Below, piece after piece: positions 18,802-30,800 of a stretch of 64,000 bases of DNA. Below the pieces are notes generated by a model, which was not told the DNA's origin, did no database searches, and saw only the letters and a program-made list of their open reading frames with translations. The DNA lies in contig CM082580.2 in assembly GCA_040954595.2 (NCBI GenBank), positions 5,959,519 through 6,023,518 on the forward strand. Reading direction: 5' to 3'. Numbering within the stretch: position 1 is the first letter of the stretch; every line of letters begins with the position of its first letter. This DNA comes from Balanoglossus misakiensis (Eukaryota > Animalia > Hemichordata). A program made the position numbers and the translations under genes.

Positions 18802-21800
18802 TTAGACCCAGGAATCAGCTGCTTGTTGTCCACCGCCCTCTAGAGCTACTGACGTGTTTTGACTCTCGTGGGGATCTTCGTAGTCGCGTCGCCGTCTGCT
18901 TGACTTCTTGTCTCGGTCGACTTTTGCGTACACTGGTTCACGGGGGTCGGCTTGCTGCTGGGGTTCCTGTGTGACAGGAGAGAGAGAGAGAAAGGGGGGG
19001 GGGGGGGAACTTGAGTGAATGTTGTGACATGGAAGTTATGCACCAGCACCTTAAGATAAGTAACAACTGTACAAAATTAGTAACTTTGCCAACCAACGCG
19101 TATATGACACGCCACTGACTCAAACTCACAGATGACTCAAGAAACTTACCCACACTAAATCAAAAATATAGGGCTGACTCAGAGAATTTTTTAGAAATCT
19201 TAAATTTGACTCAAAGCTTTTACAGATTATGTTTGTTAGAGAGCACACTGCCCTACATTTGTGTGATCTTTTGTTCCACTTACCCTGGTACTCATTCCAT
19301 GCATGGGTACAGCGCCAGGCGGGGGTTGTCTGCTGTAGCTTGCATTACTGTCCAACGTAGAGTATGGCCCTGGACTGGCGAGGCTTATGTCTGTCATTGG
19401 AACATCCTCTCTATGGTCCTGTCGTTGATCGCCGTAACGTTCCCTATCAGCTGTAAAAATACAAAATACTACATTAGTATCTACATAATTTAAGTTCAAT
19501 TTAACCTCAGTAGAACCAACAAATCCCAATTGATATCTCGGTGTAAATAAAGTTACCCTAAAACCCTGTACATAAGATTAATTATCCCATAGATCGAAAC
19601 CATTGTATCATATTGATGCACAAGCACCCAATTTTACATGTACTTACTTGTGCCATATCTGTCATCGTATGTCTGTGGACTCTGGCCTATATAGACCGGC
19701 CCTGGATCGTCTGACCTCTTTGGCAGTGTGCTGTCATCGTACTCCAGGCCGTGTCCGGGCGACTTGGGCGACGTGACCGACTGACTGGGGCTGGTGATGG
19801 CGCCGCCGGACGCCGGGTGCGGTGTGGGACGCGTGGAGGTCTTGACGCTGGGGGTGAAGTGACCGGCGTTCCAGCCGTCCTTCTTGTACAGCACTCGCAG
19901 GTCCTTGAATGCCCACATTGTCACTAGCACCTACAGATACGCAATCATACAACAAAAATCAGAACACAGGCAACAATGGCTGGTCAAATTTGGTTCAGAA
20001 CTCGTCACAAAACAGTCCCATGGTTTTCGAACACCAATGACACACATATTCACTAATGTTCTTGCTTCCACTTATACTGATGAAGAAAACATATAATTCT
20101 CATTTCTCAAACCTCATCATGCAAGAAATTCCCTTTGATTATCAGTTTACACACATTATGCAAACGTGATATCATATCACCACCATGCTCTCACACAAGA
20201 TGTGGCAGTACGAAAAAGAAAATTGGGTTAGTTTTTTTACTATTTTTTTTTACCTGATTAGCTGCCCGAACTATTTTCAATTCATAGGTATCTCTGGACT
20301 TGGACATGGTGACCAGTTTCTCGATTCCGCTGGAGTCCCGTAGAGACTTGGCGTTCTCCATGTTTTTGAGGATGACCTCATGCAAGCAGTTGAGCACTGC
20401 CACCACGGTGTTGGGGGAGTACTTTGTGGCCTGATCCCCTGGCCCACCAGGCATACAGAACACCAGGTCACGCATAGCGTACTTGCCTGTTTGCAAAAAA
20501 AAATTTCGAGAGGGGAAAAGTTGATCAGTGTCTGGAGTGACAGTCTAGTGTTCTCTCCCAAAATTTATGTATGATAGTTAATTTGCATAAAAATTAGCAA
20601 CTGTTATGTTAAGGAGTTCTTGGATCAGTACAATTATTGCTAAAGGCAGTACAGGATAGTTGAAGATATTCGAATCAATAAATGAAATAGATAATGGAAA
20701 CATGCAGTCAAGCCTGTATGACACGTATAACAAAAAACTCATAACTATATCAGACATTCTTTTGGGGTCCGAGCATCATCCCACAAGGACATGACAAGAT
20801 ACTTCTTGACAACACAGCCATCCTCACCTATAAGTTCTTTGTTTCTGGGATCAAGGGAGAGATTCCGGAGCGCCTTGGATACGGCACACACCACCCGATC
20901 GTTATCCATTCTCAGTAATTCCACTAATACTGGCAGTCCTTTGTCCTTGCGGACGTTGGCCCGGATGTACACCGACCACTGTAATGAAACGAAATATTTA
21001 GTTCTGTGAATGCTGTATGCACAGCTGTCCGTCTTGTTGATTTTGATTTTCTGTCTGGAGGTGGGTGCCACCTTAAAGGTATACAGTCACCTATGTAAAA
21101 TTAGCTATAGTTACCATGGCAAATTAAGATCTAGCAAATCACAGATTTTCAGTGGGTGGCACACGCGAAAAAAGAGCGCCACCATATGTTCTTCAGAACG
21201 CTCAATTACGCCATTTCAGCCATATATGGGCGTATGTATTGGAGGTGACTGTATACCTGTAACCCTTTCACCCCCAGTTCTCTCAATAGAGGTACCACTT
21301 TACCATAAGAAAGCAATGGATTTGGACCAAACCATTGTGGTGAGAGGGGTTAATTTACAGGTACCAGCACAGTGGAACTCACCCTCCAATCGGCTGCTGC
21401 CAAGTTCTGTATCGTCCCCGCGGCAGACTCCAGAGTGTCCGGGTTGGAACATTCCGACAGCAGGGATAAGTAGGGCCTACACACATCGGGTTGCCACAGT
21501 AACTCCATGCCGGTGGCTGGCTCTGACCTCTGTGGGGGGTTGTTGGGGTCTACGGCTATCTTGCTGTTGAATTTGAAACAAGAGTTGTGCAAATTATGAA
21601 TACAAAACGGAATGAATTTGAAACTACTAGTTGTGCAAGTTGTTGCTGTATATACAATATGCCCTCAGAACCAATGTAGTATGTTAATGACGCACAAAAA
21701 AACTTTCTCTGCGATGCAAGAATATTATCATCCTACACGTTAAGATTACCCTAAACAAAAATAAAATTATCTCTACTGAATTGCTTACCCAGCATGTTGG

Positions 21801-24800
21801 TCTTTCTTCTTGCTGCCTCCGCCTCCAAAACATGTTGTGTCTTTTGGTTTCTTTTGTTGCTGTTTGCCCTGGTTGGCTTTGCCTTGCAGTTCGTTGTCCG
21901 GGTGCCTGACTTCGAAGGGCATACGGTACGAGAGATTCCTCAATATACACATACAGTTCTCAACAGCCTGCAAGGGTAAAGGAAAGGTAGACACTTCAGC
22001 ACTGCTCATAAAATCATGCATACACACTGCAATGTAATTGGAGTTCCCTCAACTCACCCCCTACCTCCCTATCTACCTACCTACATACATACCTACATAC
22101 ACACACACACACACAGGCAAACAGACAGACAAACTGTTTGGTATTAAGACAGTCACACACTCGCACGTCAGGGCTAGTATCCAGTGGATAAATATCTGCC
22201 CTGGTACAGTCCTAAAAGTTTCCTTCAAAAGATTCAGGTTCGAAAGCTGCTCAAAATCTCACACAACATCACATTCCATGGTGTAAAAGAAATTCTGTTT
22301 TCTGACATCACTTTCTGATTTTATGATCAGGTGTGTGCTTGTGTGTGTGTGTTTCTTTAAATTCTCACTGTCATATTGTATTCAGGCCTTTCTACTGCAA
22401 TTTATCATAAATAGAGTTCAATTAGTCTGAATGATGATGGCAGGAAGGAAGGAGGGAGGGAGGAAAGATTGAATTTCTGACCAGACACGGCAATTTGAAA
22501 TATTACAAATGGGAACATATTGTCTATCACTAATTGTTGAGAAAAAGGAGAAATCACTGAAGGTTATATACAAAGGGTCAGATATCAAAATACAGACATG
22601 TACCATTAGTGCCAGACACAGGCATATTCCATTATGTCACAGTGCCTACAATACTACTATGATATTATTTTCTGATTGTGACATTTCGATCCTAGTGATA
22701 TTATCCCCATTTCGCCCTTCAGGGACGTGGCTGTTATGATTCTCAAGTTTCATCTTGGACTGCATTTAACTCCCGTAATGCATCGGAGCTGTAACTCTAG
22801 ACGGACTGGCAACTCGGCGGGTTTTTGATTATTTCGCTGATTATGTTTCAGGCAATAAATGCTTTCATATCACATTTCATAGCTGAACTACATATTGATA
22901 TGAGAAGTCAGTGGCCTGATTTTATTATTGACATGAGATTTGAGAAATTCTAGAAGCAGACAATTTATGCATAACAGTGAGAAACAAAGGCCGAAAATGA
23001 ACGCATTTGTTTTATGATGCAATATACCAACAAGAAAAGATGACAAGGCAATTTAAGTCTTCATCAAAGAATAAAAGAAACAGGTATTCAAATTATTTCT
23101 TTTTGTACATCACGCTACCTGGTACCCATAATGCTATCCTTATTGGAATAGTTGATATAAAGAGGTGTTTGGTCAACTTTTTGTCTAAGACTCTCAGTGC
23201 ACCTGGTTTCTTTTCTGGCAGTGATACACTGGATTTTCTCAAAACTCCAGTATTGTGCAATAACAAATAGGCTGTCTCACTACCTACCCCCACACCCACA
23301 CGAAGCTAAAAGTACATGTATACCCCAAACAACATTAAGTTACAGTTGCGCCTTGCTGGGTTCCATGTGTTAATTGGATACACCTCAAAACTCAATATCG
23401 AGAAATATCCCTGCTATGTCAGGCCATACAGGGGGGGGGGGGGGTTTCATTCCATGGCGATGTGAATTCTTGGACAAACTGCAATGGCCGTCAGCAGTGT
23501 ATGTTACAACGTACACTGTTTATTCCAGCAGTCCGATAACCTTTGACCCAGGGCATCCAATTCCAAATAACGCATGCCACGTCCACCAATCATTAACCAA
23601 AACACCTGCCAATTACGGAGCAATCTACGATCCAAACAATCTGCAACATGAGGCGCAAGAGCGAAAATCTAAAATTTCATCTCTTTCCTATAAAGTTAAT
23701 GCATCTGAAACATTCAAATTAAAGACAGGAAACGGACAGCTGATGTGAATAAATCTTGTGGTGCTACAAACCTTGTTGTCCATATCATTTTTGCCGATGG
23801 CCGATTGAATAACAAACATCAAGGCATCCACCAGTCCTTCGCATTCCCTCATCTTTGTCCTTGCTTCAGGCCCAGCAGAGCTCACATTCCTACAAGTGGA
23901 TGTCAAGTTACATGCATCAATGTATCATAACATACATACATAATACACACATATGTAGCTGTGTGTCCAACTCTTAATCTTTCTCCATGGCCACACCTCC
24001 ACACATACACACAAAAGTTGTGATTCTGTCAGATTATAGACTGAAACTCAACAAGTATTCAAAGGATGGTCTGAGCGTAACAAAATATGCATCTATAAGA
24101 TGTGCTGTAGGGAAGTGGATATGGGGAAAAACATCATCTACTTTCTCCATTTGTATTTACGTGTGTGAAGCTCATTCTCAACTTTATTCATACTATACAT
24201 GTATTATTATAGCATCGTGGACTTCTTACCTAAGACAGCCCGTTGTATTTCTGAACACTGTTGAGAGTGGTACATCTCTAGCTTTAGTGTCCTCGTCCAC
24301 ATTTCTGTCCCATCCCGACTCTGGTATGATGATAACATTGGTCATCACAGTTAGACCATCATCTATAATCGGCTTCTTCAGTGACTGCAAAGTCAATGAC
24401 AAAATAACACTGGTCAATAATAAAGGTCTCGTTAGGGCCACTGCAAGACAATAGGTCAATAACAAATTCCAGTCAATAATTATTGTCTAAGGTCGATACA
24501 CGACTGCAGGTCAGAAACTCATTCCAGTCAATAACAGAGGTCTGAAGTCGAAGCAAGATTACTGATCAATAACAAATTCCAGTCATTTACAGCAAAAATC
24601 TGAGGTCATCACACAATAACAAAAATCAGTTAATATTTAATATTGTCTCAATCCAAGACGACAAGGAAAAAAATCTGAATAACAAGGGCCAGAGGGTAAA
24701 CTAATGTAGGTCACAGGTCAAGTTAGATCAGAGGTCAGATTCCAGGACAGGTCCTCAAGGTAAATACTAGCAAGCGTTGGCGAAAATATTTTTCTGTTGT

Positions 24801-27800
24801 GTCTTGCCTGGTTGTGACAGACATCAATAATCTATAAAATGCAAAACAAGAGATAACAGGGCATGCCGTCTGGTGAACACCTAGACTTTATGTCTGCTCT
24901 TTGCTATGCAGACTGTGAACTGTGGCATATTAAAATGCTGTTTCCCCAGGTGCTGGCCATGCGGGGTATCTGTTCCATCTTTACCTATTATCAGTTCAAT
25001 ATCAGCAACGAATGGCGAGAATTTCGCATTCACATTTTTGTGTGGACACATACTGAGTGGTAATTTGTTTTTAATATAGGCACGGCAATGTGCTATTGGA
25101 AGGGGTAAAAGTTGCACTCTTCTGGTACAATGTTGAGTACAGTACGTTTGTTTCGAGTTAGAAGTTTATAGAATACACTGTACACTATGTCGAGCTCTAC
25201 CCGCAACTCACCTCAGCAGATGATAAATTCCATAGTACTCCAGTCACAAGCTCCCGAACGTCCACATCCGGGGTGCTTCGAAGGAGTCGGATGAGGGCGG
25301 GAATACCACCGGCATTCTTGATGGCTACTTTGTTGTCTTCGTTATGTTTTCCGTAGGAAATATTCCGCAGGGCGCCGCAGGCACTGCGATGAATTTCCGG
25401 GATTGGGTGTCCAAGAAGTCCCACCAGTGGAGGAATACCATCCAGACCCCTGGAAAATGTATTTTACACATACTGGTATTATGTATATATATTTTTTTGC
25501 AATCACCGAAAAGTTTCTCAAGATGCATATCTAAATGGTTAAGTTACAAGTAAATTATATGTGGTGAACAAACAACCTCAGTCTCACCTGCATTTATTTT
25601 TGATGTCGTCATCCTTGAAGGTGAGATGTTGCAGATAGGCTGCCGCATTGGCGACGATAGCATTGTTAGGGTGTTCTAAATATTCAATGACCTCTTGGAG
25701 ATCAGGAGCACGGAACTTCATATCTATCAAAAGAAAAATAAGAAATGATAATGAATAACATGATGATGAAACAATGGAGAGTATGCACACAGTAAAACCA
25801 CAAGCCAATATCTACGGCCATGGGGGGAAAACAGCATACTATTCTGGTAAACTCGCAGTCCCTCGGGGGAAACAAGCGGGTGCTATTGCCCTAATGCCCA
25901 GGCAATACGCATTCACTATAAACACCGCATTATAAGGAAATGAAACTTTCAGATCACATATCGTTTTCTATTCATTTTTTTAAAGCACACTTTGCCAATT
26001 TTCCCACTAATCAGCCTGACAACACCATTTTTATACCTCTATTTTTACCGTCCACGCTCGACGGCCCCGAATCGTGAGAATCTCTCCTCTCAGGTGGTGG
26101 CTCGTCATCAAACTCTGACCCGGGCAACACCGGGGCGCGGCGCCTTGGCTGACTTCTGCTCAGGTCTAAACACCACGCAATCACAAGTGTCAACATCACA
26201 TCCACACAGAAAGGAGAGAAGGGGTAGAGTTGAGGAAGTTAATAGAAGAAGAAGAAGAAGAAGATATCAGTGGGGCAGAAAGAAAAGTACAAGAGAGAGG
26301 ATAAGGAATTGGGGGAAGGATTTTAATAGTGAGAGTAATTACAGAGAGAAAGAGAGGGTAGGCATCATCTCTCTCAAGTTTTATTTCTGTATGCCCAACA
26401 CTCACACACAGAGTTCATAGGCTTACTCAACATCCCAAGACTCCCAGTAACATAGAAATAAATATCCCATTTATTATCTTTCATTTCCCCTTTGAAAATG
26501 TAACTTCTGCCTATTGATCAACAATGCAATGTTCACAAATGCACTGACGATATATGGAACAGACTCCTGGTGACTTTGCCAGGTTAGGGAATGTGGAGTT
26601 GATAAATCAGCTCTGATCAGTGATCACCCTCCCCCCCCCCCCCCCCCCCCCCCACACACACACACAAATACACACATTTGCAATATAAAAGTGCAAAGAT
26701 TCTCACCAGAGTCGTGTGGTGAAGGAGCTCTCCTAAGAGGATCTTGACTACCGGGCGTGTCCATTGTAGCCATGGGCGCTCTCTGCATGGGTGGTGTCTC
26801 GTGCGAGGATGGGTATCTCTGTTGTTGATACGGTTCACTTTCGGGTGACCCTGTAGTTAGCGAAACAGAGAGGGGAAAATATGAACACACAAATCAAACA
26901 TGGACACCTTGTGTCTGGTCGATTCAAAGTGGAACGATACCCACCAAGTCTAAGTTTCAGAGTGGAAGGGAATGTCAAAAATGGCAACGTTCCGATGGGT
27001 TCATTCACTTTCACTTCCCTCGCAAGACGAAGATGCGAGTTGAAACTACGCGCAGGAAGTGATGTCAGCGACTTGTGTTGCAGTGCTCTCACATGTATGG
27101 CGCATGATTTCCCATACATGCCAGACTGTAACCTACTATCCAAGTATCTGTTGCCATATTTACATCAAAACAACGATATTACATGTTTATGAAAATTTGC
27201 GTGGAATTACAAACAGCAGTAACAGATCAGACTGTCTCCCCGCCATTCCCAATAAACTTACTGTATCGGTCATCGTGCTGCGGCTGCCTGTAATCCTGAG
27301 GTTGCGAACCGTAGCGGTCGCCGCTGGGCATGGTGCCGTAGCGGTCACTCCCCTCGGGCGACGGGGGATCCATGAAGCGGTCATCCGGGTAGCCGTAGCG
27401 GTCACTCCCGGGGGGAGAGGCCTGGGGTTGGCCCTGCGGCGGGTTCAAGTACCCACTGCCGTGCGGGGAGTGCGGGGAGGGCGCCGCGTAGCCGTAACCG
27501 GCCGAACGTGGCGGCTCGCTGCCGTACCTATCCCCCGGCGGCGGGTTGCGATAGTCTTGCTGGGGGTCCTCGTCGTAGTCCCGCACGTTGTCGTAAGGCT
27601 CATAGTTCGCCGGTTGGGGCGGCCGTGCCGGGGAGTAGGGCTGAGACCCCGGAGAGGCTGGATAGCCGTCTGTGCTTCGTGGAATTGACCCTGTCGACCC
27701 AGGATGTAGCGGCCTCGTCGAATGAACTGTTTTGGTTACAGTGATCTACAAATTAACGCGAAATGTCAAAATTTCATCATTCAAGATACTAGTATACTAT

Positions 27801-30800
27801 AATCATTTGAGATAGCTTCATCCACTCAGCAATACTGACTTCTGTTTTATATCGTAACAGTAACTTGAGAAACTTCACAGTATATCAAGATTTTTTGTAG
27901 TACATGTAGTTGACTATGTTTCATTTCATCAATTCCTGCATAGTTCTCACTGACTCATTTTTCATTTTTCGCAGTTCCCATCAATGCACTTTCACCAGAA
28001 TATAACAACAAAGCATTGGTATACACTACAAATCTACAATATCTACAAACACCAACTTTACTGTACATAGGATAGAGAAATTGGCAGATGATAAATGTGA
28101 TTCATGATAGGAGTGTTGACATGGAGATATGCAGAATTTTGAAAGAACTTAATCTGAAGTTCTGATTACAGTATGCACCCAACAGATGATGATGCATATA
28201 ACTCCCGCAGAATATACTCAGCAGTACATTTATTAAAGCTTCATTAGCTGTAACTTTTGGCTATGTTTTCAGTAGTTTTGTTTTGTGTATCTACTGCAGT
28301 TTCTTGTTCAAACTCATGAAACATGATGAAATGCCCAGCATTTAGCTAATCAACATAACATCTATGTGTAAAGTCAGCATTGTTTTTTGTGCAAAATTTG
28401 AATTCAAGTCCGGACTTGAATTCATTTGTCAACAAAAACAATGGTTGTATGCACACATACAGGATATCACGTTGACAAGTACTGGGTATATTAGAATGCT
28501 ATTTGGAGTAATGCAAGAAATAGCATTTGGTACACAGAACTAAAACACTGGAAACAAAGCCAAAAAGTTACAGCTAATGGCCCTTTGTATTTCTATAACA
28601 CCTTCCATTAAGCCCCAGTGTACACCTGTTGAAAATTACAGAGTACTAAAGATTTGCGTCATGAGATACGTGTGACCAGGCATGATGCAGGTATGGGCTG
28701 CACCGATTGGTTAATGGTAATGATCACGCACACACCATGTGACTAAACTACAGCACAGCAAGCCATTACAGTAAAATGTCAGGATATGGTTGCACTGCAA
28801 GGATTGGTTACGCAGGTGATTCCAAGCGAGGAAAAATAAAACTGCAAAGGAGAGACGTGCAGGTACTCTAAAATTAGAGAAAGTCACCATTCTTTATATG
28901 CTGAGTTGGTTATAACTGTTTCGTGTGAAAAATGGATTTATTGTTCAGTTCACTGCAACGGAAGAAGTTGCTGATCATTATGGCACTTCTCAGTGTTCTC
29001 CAACGAGCACCATCATGCTTTTAATTTGGGAAAACAATAGATTCTCATTTAAATAACAATTGATTACATTGTTAGGCAGACAAATTTATCATAGTTCACA
29101 CAAAAATAACCAACCAGCACTAAAGACAGCCACTCAGCCTAAACAAGAAAGAGACTTCCAAACTGAGCACGTCAAAAGCAATTTGAGTGACAGACACACT
29201 TGTGAATGAAATGTTGACGTGAAGATCAACAGATTTGTTGAGGAAAAGGTCGTAGTTTGGAGAGCAGAGGGCAGGCAAGTTTCCCAACCTGTGGATCATC
29301 AGCGTTCTCTGCCATGTCACCGGAATCAGCGAAATCAAAACTGTCAGCGAATGTCGGAGAGTAAGGTTCCGGCTCGGACTGTGTCATTGCGCGTATGCCA
29401 CGAGGACGAACAACAAAATCACATGCAAACAAAAGAGAATCAAATTAACAGCATGCATGGGGTATTCTTGTTGTTATATATACCGTATTACGACTAGGAA
29501 GGTTACCTCAGCATAACTTGCGGCTTGATTTCACAGTAGAAATGCATAACTTATATAAATTCACATCGCTCGCAATGCCGTAATTTTACATCAATTTACT
29601 TAATTAAACATTCAAGTGAGTTCATGTGTAGGGGAAGGTACTGGGAACATGCTTTTTAAAGTTTAATAGCCATGCAAATATGCTGGGGTACACCTTTCCT
29701 TTAAATAACTTTTTTCTATAGTTGACGTGCGCAACTGTATATATTGTTGTGTCCTGGTTAAAACTTAAAAGAGCATCGTGACAAAAAATTAATAATTATT
29801 TACGATACAATACATTAAATATGCCTGGTAATAAATCATACTAAAGCTATCACTATAATGTCATGTTTTGTACCACGGATATCCACATGTATCAACATAG
29901 CATAAATGATATATAACTTGCATGTTTACAAATACCCTTTTGATACATTTGCCTTTGCTGATGACAGCTTCCAAAGTCACCAGTTATAAAGTCTTGCCTT
30001 CAATTCTGCTGTTCATTTTGAATGAATTATTTCCCTTGTGTTTCAGCGAGATTGACAAGAGGTCAAAAGGTGACACCAACATCAAGACAGCTGTACAGTA
30101 TAAACAATACCAACTCAAGATGGTAAAGCTGGACCTCTTAACAATAGATTGCCCAGTCTACTGATTTTCTTTTTGTAAATCTGTACAACATCTGATTCTT
30201 AGTGTACCTTTTGATTTCTTGATCTCACATAAAGACACAAGGAAGACTTTCAATTCAAAACAGAGACTGACACAAGAAATCAGCTTATTTTGAACAATCA
30301 ATCACACACCAGAAATCATATACATGTAAATCATTTCTCAAAACCTGTTCATTTTATCATATCACCCACATCACATTTCCTTGTTTAAAGGTCAAACCAC
30401 ACCTGTTAATTATTAGGCTACAATAAAGTGACATGATGGATATGTCAAAGACCAATATTTTCAGTGTCAAGCCAGCAGTATGTGATATAAAAACATTATT
30501 TAGGGCCAGGGACACGACTAGTTCCACTAGAACTACTTCCCTGGTCCGCACCAGTTATGTCAAATGCATCTTTCTGGTGAAAATAAACTATCTATCCATT
30601 CAGTGGTGCGTCATGTTGGCTCAACTGCAACTCATCTAAAGAGGGAACTGGGGGTGAAAGGGTTAAAGGGTGACCGACTATTATCTGCATCACCGAATCT
30701 AAAATATAATGCATAGTACCCATTGCAGAGAACAATTTGCATTGGACGTACCTGTGTCCTGGTTGTTGGCTTGGGTGCTACCGGGGGCGGATTAGTGCTG

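Noticed and set aside
21010-21570. 186-aa plus-strand ORF
   Set aside because: It runs through two MITEs and antisense to an ARM exon, with no transposase or other motif.
26630-26653. Long C/G homopolymers (also 248-262, 18993-19007, 23431-23444, 43448-43470) as functional G-quadruplexes
   Set aside because: They are simple intronic homopolymers with no further evidence, and their lengths may be assembly-dependent.
26908-26950. Possible extra catenin exon [13 protein letters not shown]
   Set aside because: Its splice phases are incompatible with the flanking phase-1 junctions.
27059-27688. 209-aa plus-strand ORF
   Set aside because: It is the antisense shadow of the GC-rich catenin exon 27262-27745.
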